Position numbers and translations under genes: made by a program
In this document: piece after piece, positions 1 to 8,349 of the stretch
Position numbering within the stretch: position 1 is the first letter of the stretch
Layout: every line of letters starts with the position of its first letter
The notes under the pieces: model-generated
Told to the model about the DNA's origin: nothing
Databases searched by the model: none
Seen by the model: only the letters and a program-made list of their open reading frames with translations
NCBI GenBank assembly: GCA_013151235.1
Contig: JAADIO010000041.1
Coordinates: 1 to 55,399, forward strand
Length of the DNA: 55,399 nucleotides
Direction: 5' to 3'
Origin: Deltaproteobacteria bacterium
GTDB taxonomy: Bacteria; CG2-30-53-67

Positions 1-143
1 CTCCCCACAACAGAGGAAAACTCCCCTGCCCCTTGTCCCTATCCCGCGAAGATACCATCTCCCTTTCTTCTCTCCCTTACGACCTGCAGTAATGAACCGA
101 TATCTTATCATAAAAAAGGTTTCAGGAGCAGGAAAATCGTAAT

Positions 144-307
144 GGGACAGATTCATGCTCAGTGTCAAGGGGCGGTCTGCCCCGGAGGGTCTTGACGAGC
201 CGACCGGAATCGATTTAAATCCCCCTGATAGAAGTCCGACCATGAATCCTGCCCCTGCCGATGAAAAAGGTTGTCGATCACCTGGAGATCGGTCAGGCCG
301 ATTACGT
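144..307 (-). pseudogene. Deletion-eroded remnant of a PHP-domain gene homologous to 5265..6764
   Basis: Four collinear blocks: 144-214 vs 5371-5441 (60/71), 211-230 vs 5593-5612 (19/20), 231-267 vs 5700-5736 (35/37), 267-307 vs 6273-6313 (37/41). No intact ORF. Confidence 0.85.
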
Positions 308-344
308 TGGATCATCCAGAACAGCATTGGACACCTGTGTCTTG

Positions 345-2042
345 CTATCCGGGAGGACCTTTCGACAGTCCAAACCGTGTACGCAGATCATTTTTCTGCG
401 CCCGGTAGCCCTCGGGCGCCAAACGAATAAACCGTTCGGAGACCTTGGCGGCGCCAGCCGGGTTTCCTGTCAGCAGATAGGCCCTCGCCAGGTTGTACAT
501 GGCATCGTAATAGTAGGGGTTGCGCTTCAACGCCTTTCTGTAGGCATCCTCGGCTGCAGAGTAGTCCTTCGATATAAAATAGAGATTCCCGAGATTGTTG
601 AAAACGGGACTCTCGGCTCCGTCAAGTCGTGACGCCCTCTTCAGATATTCCCCGGCCTTTCTGTAATCATTTTTCTTCAGGGCCAGTTCGCTCATGTCGA
701 ACCAGAGTCGCCAGTTGCCCGGATCGATCGATACTCCCTTTTTCAGGCTCTTCTCCGCTCCGGTCAAGTCGTTCCGGTCAATCAGGGCCTGTCCCAGCAT
801 ACCGTAGAAATAGCCATCTTCGGGATATGCCCTGGAAAGCGTACCGAAGAACGAAACCTCATTATCGAAATTCGGTATCCGCTGCATCGTGCCTGCCGCA
901 TACAATACCAGCACCCCTGACACGGCAACGGCGGCCAACATGCCCGGCGAGACAGCGGAGGCATTCTTTAACGTAGAGCGCGCAATGGAGGCGCCGACAA
1001 TGAAGAGCCCGACGGATGGAAGATAACTCATGTGGTCCGCTGATGCGTACAGGCTGTTGATCGGCATGAATCCGAGGACCGGCAGGAGAAAGATGATGAA
1101 CCACAGCCCCCCGAAAAGGACCGTCCGCTCTTTGCGAAGAAAAAAGAGCAGGAACAGGAATGCAACGTCAATCACCACGGAGCCGGAGAAAGATACCCCT
1201 TTGAGGAAATAGAATCCGCTCAGGTGAACAGGCAGAAGGGATATGCGGAGATACTGCGCCAGGTTAACCGGAACATTCACCAGCCAGTCGGCAACCCTGA
1301 TCGACCCGAGGCCGGCCCCCACCCTGCCGATCACGACGCGATGTACGACGACGAAAGCTGCAAGAATGAGCGTATAGATGCTGAAATCTCTCCATCCAAT
1401 CACCGCTCGAAGATCCCGGTTCTTTCCACGCGACTCGTGCAGGTCGACGAGGAGGATGGTTGCGGGGAAGACAAACGCCAATTCCTTCGAACCGAGCGCA
1501 AGGAGGAAGGCGATACATGAAAGCACGAGCGAGACGGCTGGGCTACATCCCCTTTTCCGCCGGATGTAAAAGATCAGCGCCGGCAGAAGAAAGAATGAAC
1601 AGAGTATGTCGGTCCGCCCGGCGATCCATGCGACCGACGGAGCACGGGCCGGATGGGCGGCGAACAGGAGGGCCGAGACCATGGCAATCCAATAAGCGTC
1701 CAGCAGGAACCATATGAGGATAAAGACCTCGAACGAGACCAGACCGTGCATGACGATATTGAACAGGTGATAGGAGAAAGGGGCTCGCCCCGAAAGATCA
1801 TAGTTCATCAGATAGGTTATCGATGTAACGGGACGGTAGTAGGCGGACTGCCTTCCTTGCCCGATCGGACCGAAGGGGCTGGAAAATATCTGCGGGATAG
1901 ACCGGTTCTCATGCACCTTCGGGTCCTTCAGGATCAGGCTGGTATCATCCCAGAGAAACCCGGCACGCAGGTTTCCCCTATAGAGGACGAGTACTTCCAG
2001 CAATATCAGAATGAACCCGGCGATAACCCGTGACGGTTTCAT
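345..2042 (-). CDS. TMTC-like GT-C glycosyltransferase with C-terminal TPR repeats
   Basis: N-terminal TM then GFLWDD acidic motif, YYRP, YHLFNIVMH, LLFAAHP..SVAWIAGRTD, SKE, multiple TM helices and about 4 TPRs (e.g. VFNNLGNLYF, AMYNLARAYL). Start trimmed to ATG 2042; GTG 2051, overlapping the upstream stop, is an alternative. Confidence 0.8.
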   Translation of the reverse strand: MKPSRVIAGFILILLEVLVLYRGNLRAGFLWDDTSLILKDPKVHENRSIPQIFSSPFGPIGQGRQSAYYRPVTSITYLMNYDLSGRAPFSYHLFNIVMHGLVSFEVFILIWFLLDAYWIAMVSALLFAAHPARAPSVAWIAGRTDILCSFFLLPALIFYIRRKRGCSPAVSLVLSCIAFLLALGSKELAFVFPATILLVDLHESRGKNRDLRAVIGWRDFSIYTLILAAFVVVHRVVIGRVGAGLGSIRVADWLVNVPVNLAQYLRISLLPVHLSGFYFLKGVSFSGSVVIDVAFLFLLFFLRKERTVLFGGLWFIIFLLPVLGFMPINSLYASADHMSYLPSVGLFIVGASIARSTLKNASAVSPGMLAAVAVSGVLVLYAAGTMQRIPNFDNEVSFFGTLSRAYPEDGYFYGMLGQALIDRNDLTGAEKSLKKGVSIDPGNWRLWFDMSELALKKNDYRKAGEYLKRASRLDGAESPVFNNLGNLYFISKDYSAAEDAYRKALKRNPYYYDAMYNLARAYLLTGNPAGAAKVSERFIRLAPEGYRAQKNDLRTRFGLSKGPPG

Positions 2043-2047
2043 CGTCG

Positions 2048-2788
2048 TCACCCACCCCTTCCGCTCCGTTTGAATAGCGACTCCGGCGCCGCTTCTACAA
2101 GCATCATGATGTAGCGCCATATCCAGTGTGTATAAATCACGTTCCGTCTCCTCTGCTGCCCCCGGTATATCGACCGTGCCACAGCCTCCGGAGTGGATGT
2201 CAGCAGGGAAGGCAGGTTCATGCCTGCGGTCATCCTGGTCCTGACGAATCCAGGCTTCACCGTCATGACATGCACCCCTGCGCCGTATAGTCTGTTCCTG
2301 AGCCCTGATAGATAGGCGGTGAGCCCTGCCTTTGCCGATCCGTATATGTAGTTGCTCCCCCTCCCCCGGTCACCGGCGACCGAGCTGATCCCGATGATAA
2401 ACCCCTCTCTTCGCCTTTCGAGATCACCGGCAACGATATCGAGGAGACCGGCCACACCGGTGTAATTCGTATTGATAATCCGACGCGCTTCGACCGGATC
2501 GTGCTCGGCTCTTTCCTGGTCTCCCAGGAACCCCACGGCCGAAACCACCCCGAGCGGTTTCTCTCCCAGCCCCTCGTAAAATGCCTCGTGTGAATCAAAG
2601 TCGAGTATGTCAAGTTCCCTCGCCTCGGCCCTGCGTCCGGTCCTCACACCAATGTCCGCCACCAAGGGAGCAAGTGTCTCCCCGGCATCCCGCGCAGCAA
2701 GGATCAGGTCCCAGCCGTGCCGGGCATACTCGAGCGCAACCGCTCTTGCAATATCGCTCTTGGCCCCGATGATCAGCAGAATACTCAT
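2048..2788 (-). CDS. Short-chain dehydrogenase/reductase, DprE2-like (polyprenylphosphoryl-2-keto-pentose reductase)
   Basis: IIGAKSDIARA Rossmann motif, SSVAGDRGRGSNYIYGSAKAG (YxxxK), KPGFVRTRMT. 4-bp overlap with the DprE1-like gene. Confidence 0.85.
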   Translation of the reverse strand: MSILLIIGAKSDIARAVALEYARHGWDLILAARDAGETLAPLVADIGVRTGRRAEARELDILDFDSHEAFYEGLGEKPLGVVSAVGFLGDQERAEHDPVEARRIINTNYTGVAGLLDIVAGDLERRREGFIIGISSVAGDRGRGSNYIYGSAKAGLTAYLSGLRNRLYGAGVHVMTVKPGFVRTRMTAGMNLPSLLTSTPEAVARSIYRGQQRRRNVIYTHWIWRYIMMLVEAAPESLFKRSGRGG

Positions 2789-4083
2789 ATTCCCACCCTT
2801 TCAGACTGGAGCGACCGAAACGTACGGTCCATTCCGTTCTCCTTCCGGAATCGCCTGAACCTGTCTATCATCGGATACCCCTTTTCGAACGTATTCCTCC
2901 TTACGCGTACATCCTTTGCCAGATAGATCCGCCCCCCGTGATCGAGGACGAGTTCGTCAAGCCTGTCCAGAAGCGAAAAGAGTCCCGGCTCGATCTTAAA
3001 ATCGAGCGCAAGGCTGTACCCTTCAAGGGGAAAGGATAGATAGTTGTCGTTTGCCGGTCCGTAAAGTTTCAGGACCGCCAGGAACGACCCTTTGCCGGAA
3101 GCGGATATGGTATCAAGAATCTGTGACAGGCCTTTGTAACTCATCTCCATCGGGAGTATAAACTGGTACTGCGTGAAGCCGTTTCTCCCATAGATCCGAT
3201 TCCAGTGATCTACTGCGTCGAGGGGATAGAAAAATGTGTCCAGATCGACCCTGCTGCGTGATATCCGTCGGCGTATCCTTCCGTAATATAACCCGTTGAA
3301 TGCCCGGACAGTCCGGCTATTCAACATACATGACGGAAGATTGAACGGGACGCCTGGTCTGCGGGACGGCCGGTAACACAAATCTCCGTCATCGGCGAAA
3401 TCTCCGGTCATCAGTAATGCACGCCCAAGCTCCGGCCCACTCGCCAGGCAATCGATCCATGCAACAGAGTAAGGCACCTCCCGATATTCCTTGAAGGCCT
3501 CAAAGGTCTCGCTCAGGTCTTTTGTCTTAATGGTGGTCTGTTCCACATGTACAGAATGGATTCTTTTCATGCGGATCTTCGCGTCGAGTATGACGCCGGT
3601 CAAACCCATGCCTCCGCAGGTCGCGTGGAAGAGTTCGGAATTCATGCCGCTGGAACAGGTAAGGACCTCTCCGTCCGGCGTCATCATCCGGAATTCCACC
3701 ACGCAACTACTGAAACAGCCCGCCACATGGTGGTTTTTGCCGTGCACATCGCTCGCAATGGCACCCCCCACCGTGATCAGCTTGGTGCCGGGAGTGACCG
3801 AGAGGAACCACCCCCGAGGCACAAAAACCTCAAGTATCCCGGAGAGAAGCGCTCCCGCCTGAATGTGGAGAATCCCTTGCTCACGATCAAAGCCGAGAAA
3901 ACAGTCGTGCGGCACAACCTCAATCAGACTCCTCCCGAGGGCACTGTCTCCATAACTTCTTCCGTTCCCCCGCGGGATCATCTCATCGTTTGAATGCATA
4001 ATATCCACGAGATCGCTCTCCCGCTCGAACAGGAGACGCCGACACTCTATTTCAGGATACATCCCCCAGCTCGTACAGAGCAT
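2785..4083 (-). CDS. FAD-binding oxidoreductase, DprE1-like (polyprenylphosphoryl-ribose 2'-oxidase)
   Basis: PRGNGRSYGD, VTPGTKLITVGGAIASDVHGKNHH, GGMGLTGVI, YSVAWID, GGRIYLAKD, FRSLQSER are characteristic of the DprE1 family. Confidence 0.9.
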   Translation of the reverse strand: MLCTSWGMYPEIECRRLLFERESDLVDIMHSNDEMIPRGNGRSYGDSALGRSLIEVVPHDCFLGFDREQGILHIQAGALLSGILEVFVPRGWFLSVTPGTKLITVGGAIASDVHGKNHHVAGCFSSCVVEFRMMTPDGEVLTCSSGMNSELFHATCGGMGLTGVILDAKIRMKRIHSVHVEQTTIKTKDLSETFEAFKEYREVPYSVAWIDCLASGPELGRALLMTGDFADDGDLCYRPSRRPGVPFNLPSCMLNSRTVRAFNGLYYGRIRRRISRSRVDLDTFFYPLDAVDHWNRIYGRNGFTQYQFILPMEMSYKGLSQILDTISASGKGSFLAVLKLYGPANDNYLSFPLEGYSLALDFKIEPGLFSLLDRLDELVLDHGGRIYLAKDVRVRRNTFEKGYPMIDRFRRFRKENGMDRTFRSLQSERVGI

Positions 4084-4147
4084 AAGCTGCTATCCTCATT
4101 ATTCGGTTCGAAGCCGCCGTAGACCAATTCGTCATCATCCGGCAAGT

Positions 4148-5053
4148 TTACAGATAGAGGATCCATGCAAAACAGACAATCCATCCGGCCAAAGTCCACT
4201 GGATGAAACGATCCTTCATTATAATCCTGGTGGGAGAACTGCTATCCTCCATGACCAGCGTAATCTGGAGATAACGGAGAATCCCCAGGATGACGAAAAT
4301 AACGGTGATGTAGAGATAGTGACTGTGGAATTTTTCAACAATATCCTCCGATGTTGTGTAGATCGTGTATGCCACGATCACCACGGACGCCATGATCCCC
4401 ATCGCTGTATTGAGAAAATGGATATTGTAGCCGTCGATAATCTTCCGCATCTTCTCTCCCGTGTCCAGATAGATCAACACATCGTCTCTCCTTTTTGCCA
4501 ATGCCAGGAACAGCGCAAGGAGGAAGGTCATGACAACAATCCATATTGAAAGGGGGATCCCGGTCGCCGCCGACCCGATGAAGAGACGGAGGACGAACCC
4601 GATAGCAATGGTAATAACATCGAGTATTGCAACATGTTTTAGATAGAGGGTATAGGCGATATTCATGGCAGCATAAGCAGCAAGAATGAAAAATGCAACT
4701 GCTCCAAGGATGCTGATCAACCCACCCCCCGCGGCAGCCAACATAGCCATCAGAAAAAACGCCTGCGTGGCGGATGCGGCACCCGAGGCAAGGGGTCGGT
4801 TCCTCTTTTCCGGATGATGACGGTCCTTCTCCATGTCGTGATAATCGTTAAATATATATACAGCACCGGCCGTGAGCGAAAAGGCGGCAAAGGCAATGAA
4901 TGCGTTCCACACAAGCTGGACATTCCCCACCCTGCCGGCGAAGAAAAGAGGTGCAAAGACAAAGAGATTCTTGATATGTTGATAAGGTCGCACTAAAAGC
5001 AAAAAATTCAGTCGGATATTCACTGGATCGGCACATCCCTTAAACGTCGACAA
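4148..5053 (-). CDS. UbiA-family polyprenyl-phosphate phosphoribosyltransferase (Rv3806c-like)
   Basis: RPYQHIKNLFVF, YIFNDYHDMEKDRHHPEKRNRPLASG, GFVLR, LAKRR; multi-TM. Upstream of dprE1/dprE2-like genes. Start uncertain (TTG 5053 or GTG 5023). Confidence 0.9.
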   Translation of the reverse strand: MSTFKGCADPVNIRLNFLLLVRPYQHIKNLFVFAPLFFAGRVGNVQLVWNAFIAFAAFSLTAGAVYIFNDYHDMEKDRHHPEKRNRPLASGAASATQAFFLMAMLAAAGGGLISILGAVAFFILAAYAAMNIAYTLYLKHVAILDVITIAIGFVLRLFIGSAATGIPLSIWIVVMTFLLALFLALAKRRDDVLIYLDTGEKMRKIIDGYNIHFLNTAMGIMASVVIVAYTIYTTSEDIVEKFHSHYLYITVIFVILGILRYLQITLVMEDSSSPTRIIMKDRFIQWTLAGWIVCFAWILYL

Positions 5054-5083
5054 TCAGTCTATTCCCTTGAATGGCAGGATTAG

Positions 5084-5112
5084 ATATTACAGAGAGGCAT
5101 ACAGTCCGTCAA
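5084..5112 (-). promoter_or_regulatory. Putative sigma70 promoter for the ubiA-dprE1-dprE2-GT-C cassette
   Basis: Minus strand TTGACG-N17-TAATAT, about 30 nt upstream of the ubiA-like start. Confidence 0.5.
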
Positions 5113-5264
5113 GAGGAATCCGTTCTGGACTTCCCCCAATTTTCAACGACTTCCTCCCCCTCTCACATTCTCTTTCCCTGGAGAGAGGATACTGAGAAAA
5201 CGACGTTGGTCGCTTCGATTGAGAGAATGGAGATATTTCCCAGAATACTCAATAATGGATACGA

Positions 5265-6764
5265 TCAGAATGGTCTCGCAGGTGCGGTACGTTTGTAGAA
5301 GATCGGATTGGAGATAATGCGGTGTTTCGGCGCACGAATCTCCACACGGATGTACCCCTTGACCCGCAAAGGGATAAATTCATACTCCTCGTCAAGGGGA
5401 AGTCTGCCGCTGAGAGTCTTGACGAGCCGACCGGAATCGATGAGGTCGGCCTCACAGAAGAGCTTTTCCTTTCCTTCGAGATAGACCGAGAGATGAACCT
5501 TCAGCGGCTTTCCCGCGCTCTTCACGGTCTCACCGGCATACGACCAGCTCAATCCGTCTTCGGTCGTGATGGAGAAATCGTCCAGCCGGAACCGATTTGA
5601 ATCCCCCTGATAAACGGCATACATCCGCCCCCTGCGCATGGCGTCAAGCACTGCGTTGCGGCTCTTCTCTTTCACCAGGAAGATGGTCTGTCCACGCCGG
5701 AAGTCCGACCATGAATTCTGCCCCTGCCGGTGAAAATCGAGACCGCAGATCCCCCAGGGGGGGTTCTTGCGTTTTCCCGCGCAATACTGCAGAAGTGTAC
5801 GGTCCCATTCCTTCCCCGGATCCGTCGCATGGATGGTATCTCCGTAGAGGGCTTCAAATCCGGTGTAGCCGTAGGTCCGCACAAGGTCCGATGGATGCGG
5901 CCCGGTATGCATCCGCACGGTCGGCAGGGAGATCCCGGCGATCTCTTTCCGGAAGACAGCCTCCCGGTCCCCGTAATGGGCCTCGGGATGGGCCCAGAAG
6001 GTCATCCCGCCATGTTCACGGACATAGTCAATCAACCGTTGATAGGGTGCAACCCCCTGGTCGCCGTGATAGGGGTCGAAGGGGGAACTCCGGAAAGGCT
6101 GCGCGTCCAGACCGCCGAGAATACCGATGATCAGCAGCACTTTGCCGGCGGTGCGGAAGATCCCCTTCCAGGAGATCAGTACCACACCGGCCAGCAGGAG
6201 CCCAAGGTAGACAAGGAAGCGGGGCAACAGGGCACGGACATTCTCCGTGGAGAAGCCGTTGTCCAGGATCGGAAGGTTGTCGATCACCCGGGGATCGGTC
6301 AGACCGATCACGTGGATATGTTTGCGCCAGTCGTGGGTAACCAGTTCCCCGCTACGGAGGGCCCCGGTCCAGTAATAGAAGGGAGCCGACTCCAGGCCCG
6401 GCACGAGGATGATCTCCGGATGGGCCGCATCGACGGCATCGACACGGGCCAGGTATTTCCGGATCCCTTCCTTCAGAACGGACCTGCGGGAACGGGTGAA
6501 AGAGAAGAGATGGGGAAATGGCGGCAGACCGTAACTCATCGCAATCCGGTCATGGTCGCTCAGAACGATGACATCGACCTGCCGCTCCCGGGCAAGTTTC
6601 ACCAGTTGGTCAAGAGTGTGCGCACCGCTGCTGAATTCCGAGGTATGGACATGAACCACGCCGGTGAGGGAGATCCACCCGCCGGCCTCTCCCGGGATGC
6701 AACAGACAAGGCCCCAAAGGATCAACCCTGCAAGAAAGGCGGTAGACCGTATGACAGTCCTCAT
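5265..6764 (-). CDS. Exported/membrane-anchored PHP-domain metallo-phosphoesterase
   Basis: Signal-like N-terminus, GVVHVHT (HxH), VIVLSDHD, PGLE, WAHP, GLDFH metal ligands, two internal TM segments, C-terminal YIRVEI..ISNPIF. Confidence 0.75.
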   Translation of the reverse strand: MRTVIRSTAFLAGLILWGLVCCIPGEAGGWISLTGVVHVHTSEFSSGAHTLDQLVKLARERQVDVIVLSDHDRIAMSYGLPPFPHLFSFTRSRRSVLKEGIRKYLARVDAVDAAHPEIILVPGLESAPFYYWTGALRSGELVTHDWRKHIHVIGLTDPRVIDNLPILDNGFSTENVRALLPRFLVYLGLLLAGVVLISWKGIFRTAGKVLLIIGILGGLDAQPFRSSPFDPYHGDQGVAPYQRLIDYVREHGGMTFWAHPEAHYGDREAVFRKEIAGISLPTVRMHTGPHPSDLVRTYGYTGFEALYGDTIHATDPGKEWDRTLLQYCAGKRKNPPWGICGLDFHRQGQNSWSDFRRGQTIFLVKEKSRNAVLDAMRRGRMYAVYQGDSNRFRLDDFSITTEDGLSWSYAGETVKSAGKPLKVHLSVYLEGKEKLFCEADLIDSGRLVKTLSGRLPLDEEYEFIPLRVKGYIRVEIRAPKHRIISNPIFYKRTAPARPF

Positions 6765-6824
6765 GGGACGTCCTCGTTCTCTTTCAGAAACTTTTTGACA
6801 AAAGATGGATCTCTCTTCGCCATC

Positions 6825-8345
6825 TTATGCAACCTCCACGGCATCGCGCAAAAGGTCCTGGACGATCCCGCCGTTCCCCGGATATTCGACGACCCGCACC
6901 TTCAGGGTCATAGGGTGAGTCCCCTCCTGCGCCAGTGTATTGTCAAATATGGTTTGCAAGCGTTCGATCAGGTAGCTCATCCCTTCCCCTTCCTCCGGGG
7001 TCATTACCACAAAACTCTCCCCCCCCATGTAGGAGACTACATCGGTGGCCCGGACATTTTCTTCAAAGAATCGTGCAATCCTTTGAAAACACCGTCTCCT
7101 CTCCTCCGGGTCGGAAAAGGCGGAAAGACGGCTCTGCAACCCTTTGAGATCAAAAAGTAGGAGGGCAAAGCTGTGATCACCGTAGCGGTCGCACCGCCGG
7201 ATTTCGTCGATGACCCGTCGGCTCATATATTGAAAACTGGGCAGGCCGGTCTCCCGGTCAACCATGGCCACCTGTTCCGACCGGCGGAGACGTACGGCCA
7301 GTTTCTCTTCGACAAAGCCAAGGGTTTTGAGTGCGAAGAGGATTCCCATGGCAATCAGCGCCAGCATCATCAGAGTGTATTCCGAGGGAATCAGGGTGAG
7401 GACGAAGGCGGTCAGGCCGAGGTGAATACAGAAGAAATAGATCAGGAGGACGACTTTCTTCTCCCGGATACCGAGTCGAACCAGGCGGTGATGGAGATGT
7501 TCCCCGTCGGCGGAGAAGATATTCTTCTTGACCTTGCTTCGACGGATCACGGCCATCAGGGTGTCGAGCACGGGCACCCCGAGCGCAGCGAGGGGGATCA
7601 TGAGGGCCATCATGGTCGCCCCCTTCTGCAATCCCTCAATCCCGACGACAGAGAGGACAAAACCTAAAAACATGCTCCCGGCATCCCCTAAAAAGATCCG
7701 GGCCGGAAAAAAATTATACCGGAGAAATCCGAGGCAACTCCCGGCCAGTACGGCCGTCAGCACCATCCCGGTCAGGTCGCCCCGGTGCCCTGCCACGGCA
7801 AAAAGCGTCAGGGATCCGATGAGGGCGACCCCCGAGGCCAGGCCGTCAAGCCCGTCGATCAGGTTCATGGCATTGACCATGGCCACAACCCAAAGAACGG
7901 TGACGATCCCCCCGGGGACCGGGCCGAGATGAAAATTCCCGCCCAAGGGGTTGGTGAGAAATTCGATTCGGACACCGGCCCAGGCAAGAGAAATCCCGGC
8001 CAGGATCTGCCCCCCCAATTTCCAGCGGGGCCGAAGAGAACGGAAATCGTCGACCAACCCGGTGAACAGGACCAGGGTCCCCCCGCAGAGAAATCCCGTG
8101 ACCGCCTTTTCTTTCATATTCAGGAGATCGGGAAATTTGATCGCCGTAACGAGAAAAACCGCCATGAACCCGGCAAAGATCGCCACACCCCCGAAGTAGG
8201 GGATATTCCGGGCATGGATCTTTCTCCCGCCCGGCCGGTCAACACAGCCGAGCCGCAGGGCAAGATGTCCGGCCACCGGGGTCGTAACAAGAGATGAGAG
8301 CAACGCTCCGGTAAAAAGAAAGAGATAAAAGATCCAGGGGGTCAT
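6825..8345 (-). CDS. wecA: WecA/TagO-like undecaprenyl-phosphate HexNAc-1-phosphate transferase fused to a degenerate GGDEF domain
   Basis: DRPGGRKIH, GLVDD, NAMNLIDGLDGLA, FLRYNFFPARIFLGDAGS, HLHHRL. The C-terminal ~145 aa begin VDRETGL and contain RATDVVSYMGGESF. Confidence 0.88.
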   Translation of the reverse strand: MTPWIFYLFLFTGALLSSLVTTPVAGHLALRLGCVDRPGGRKIHARNIPYFGGVAIFAGFMAVFLVTAIKFPDLLNMKEKAVTGFLCGGTLVLFTGLVDDFRSLRPRWKLGGQILAGISLAWAGVRIEFLTNPLGGNFHLGPVPGGIVTVLWVVAMVNAMNLIDGLDGLASGVALIGSLTLFAVAGHRGDLTGMVLTAVLAGSCLGFLRYNFFPARIFLGDAGSMFLGFVLSVVGIEGLQKGATMMALMIPLAALGVPVLDTLMAVIRRSKVKKNIFSADGEHLHHRLVRLGIREKKVVLLIYFFCIHLGLTAFVLTLIPSEYTLMMLALIAMGILFALKTLGFVEEKLAVRLRRSEQVAMVDRETGLPSFQYMSRRVIDEIRRCDRYGDHSFALLLFDLKGLQSRLSAFSDPEERRRCFQRIARFFEENVRATDVVSYMGGESFVVMTPEEGEGMSYLIERLQTIFDNTLAQEGTHPMTLKVRVVEYPGNGGIVQDLLRDAVEVA

Positions 8346-8349
8346 AATG

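Noticed and set aside
155-632. + strand ORFs 155..430 and 261..632
   Set aside because: Antisense readings of the PHP remnant and the TPR gene end. Their similarity to other shadow ORFs only reflects the DNA duplication.
7019-7026. G8 tract in the GG motif of wecA-GGDEF as a phase-variation switch
   Set aside because: In frame, short, and explained by Met-Gly-Gly-Glu codons. No evidence of length variation.
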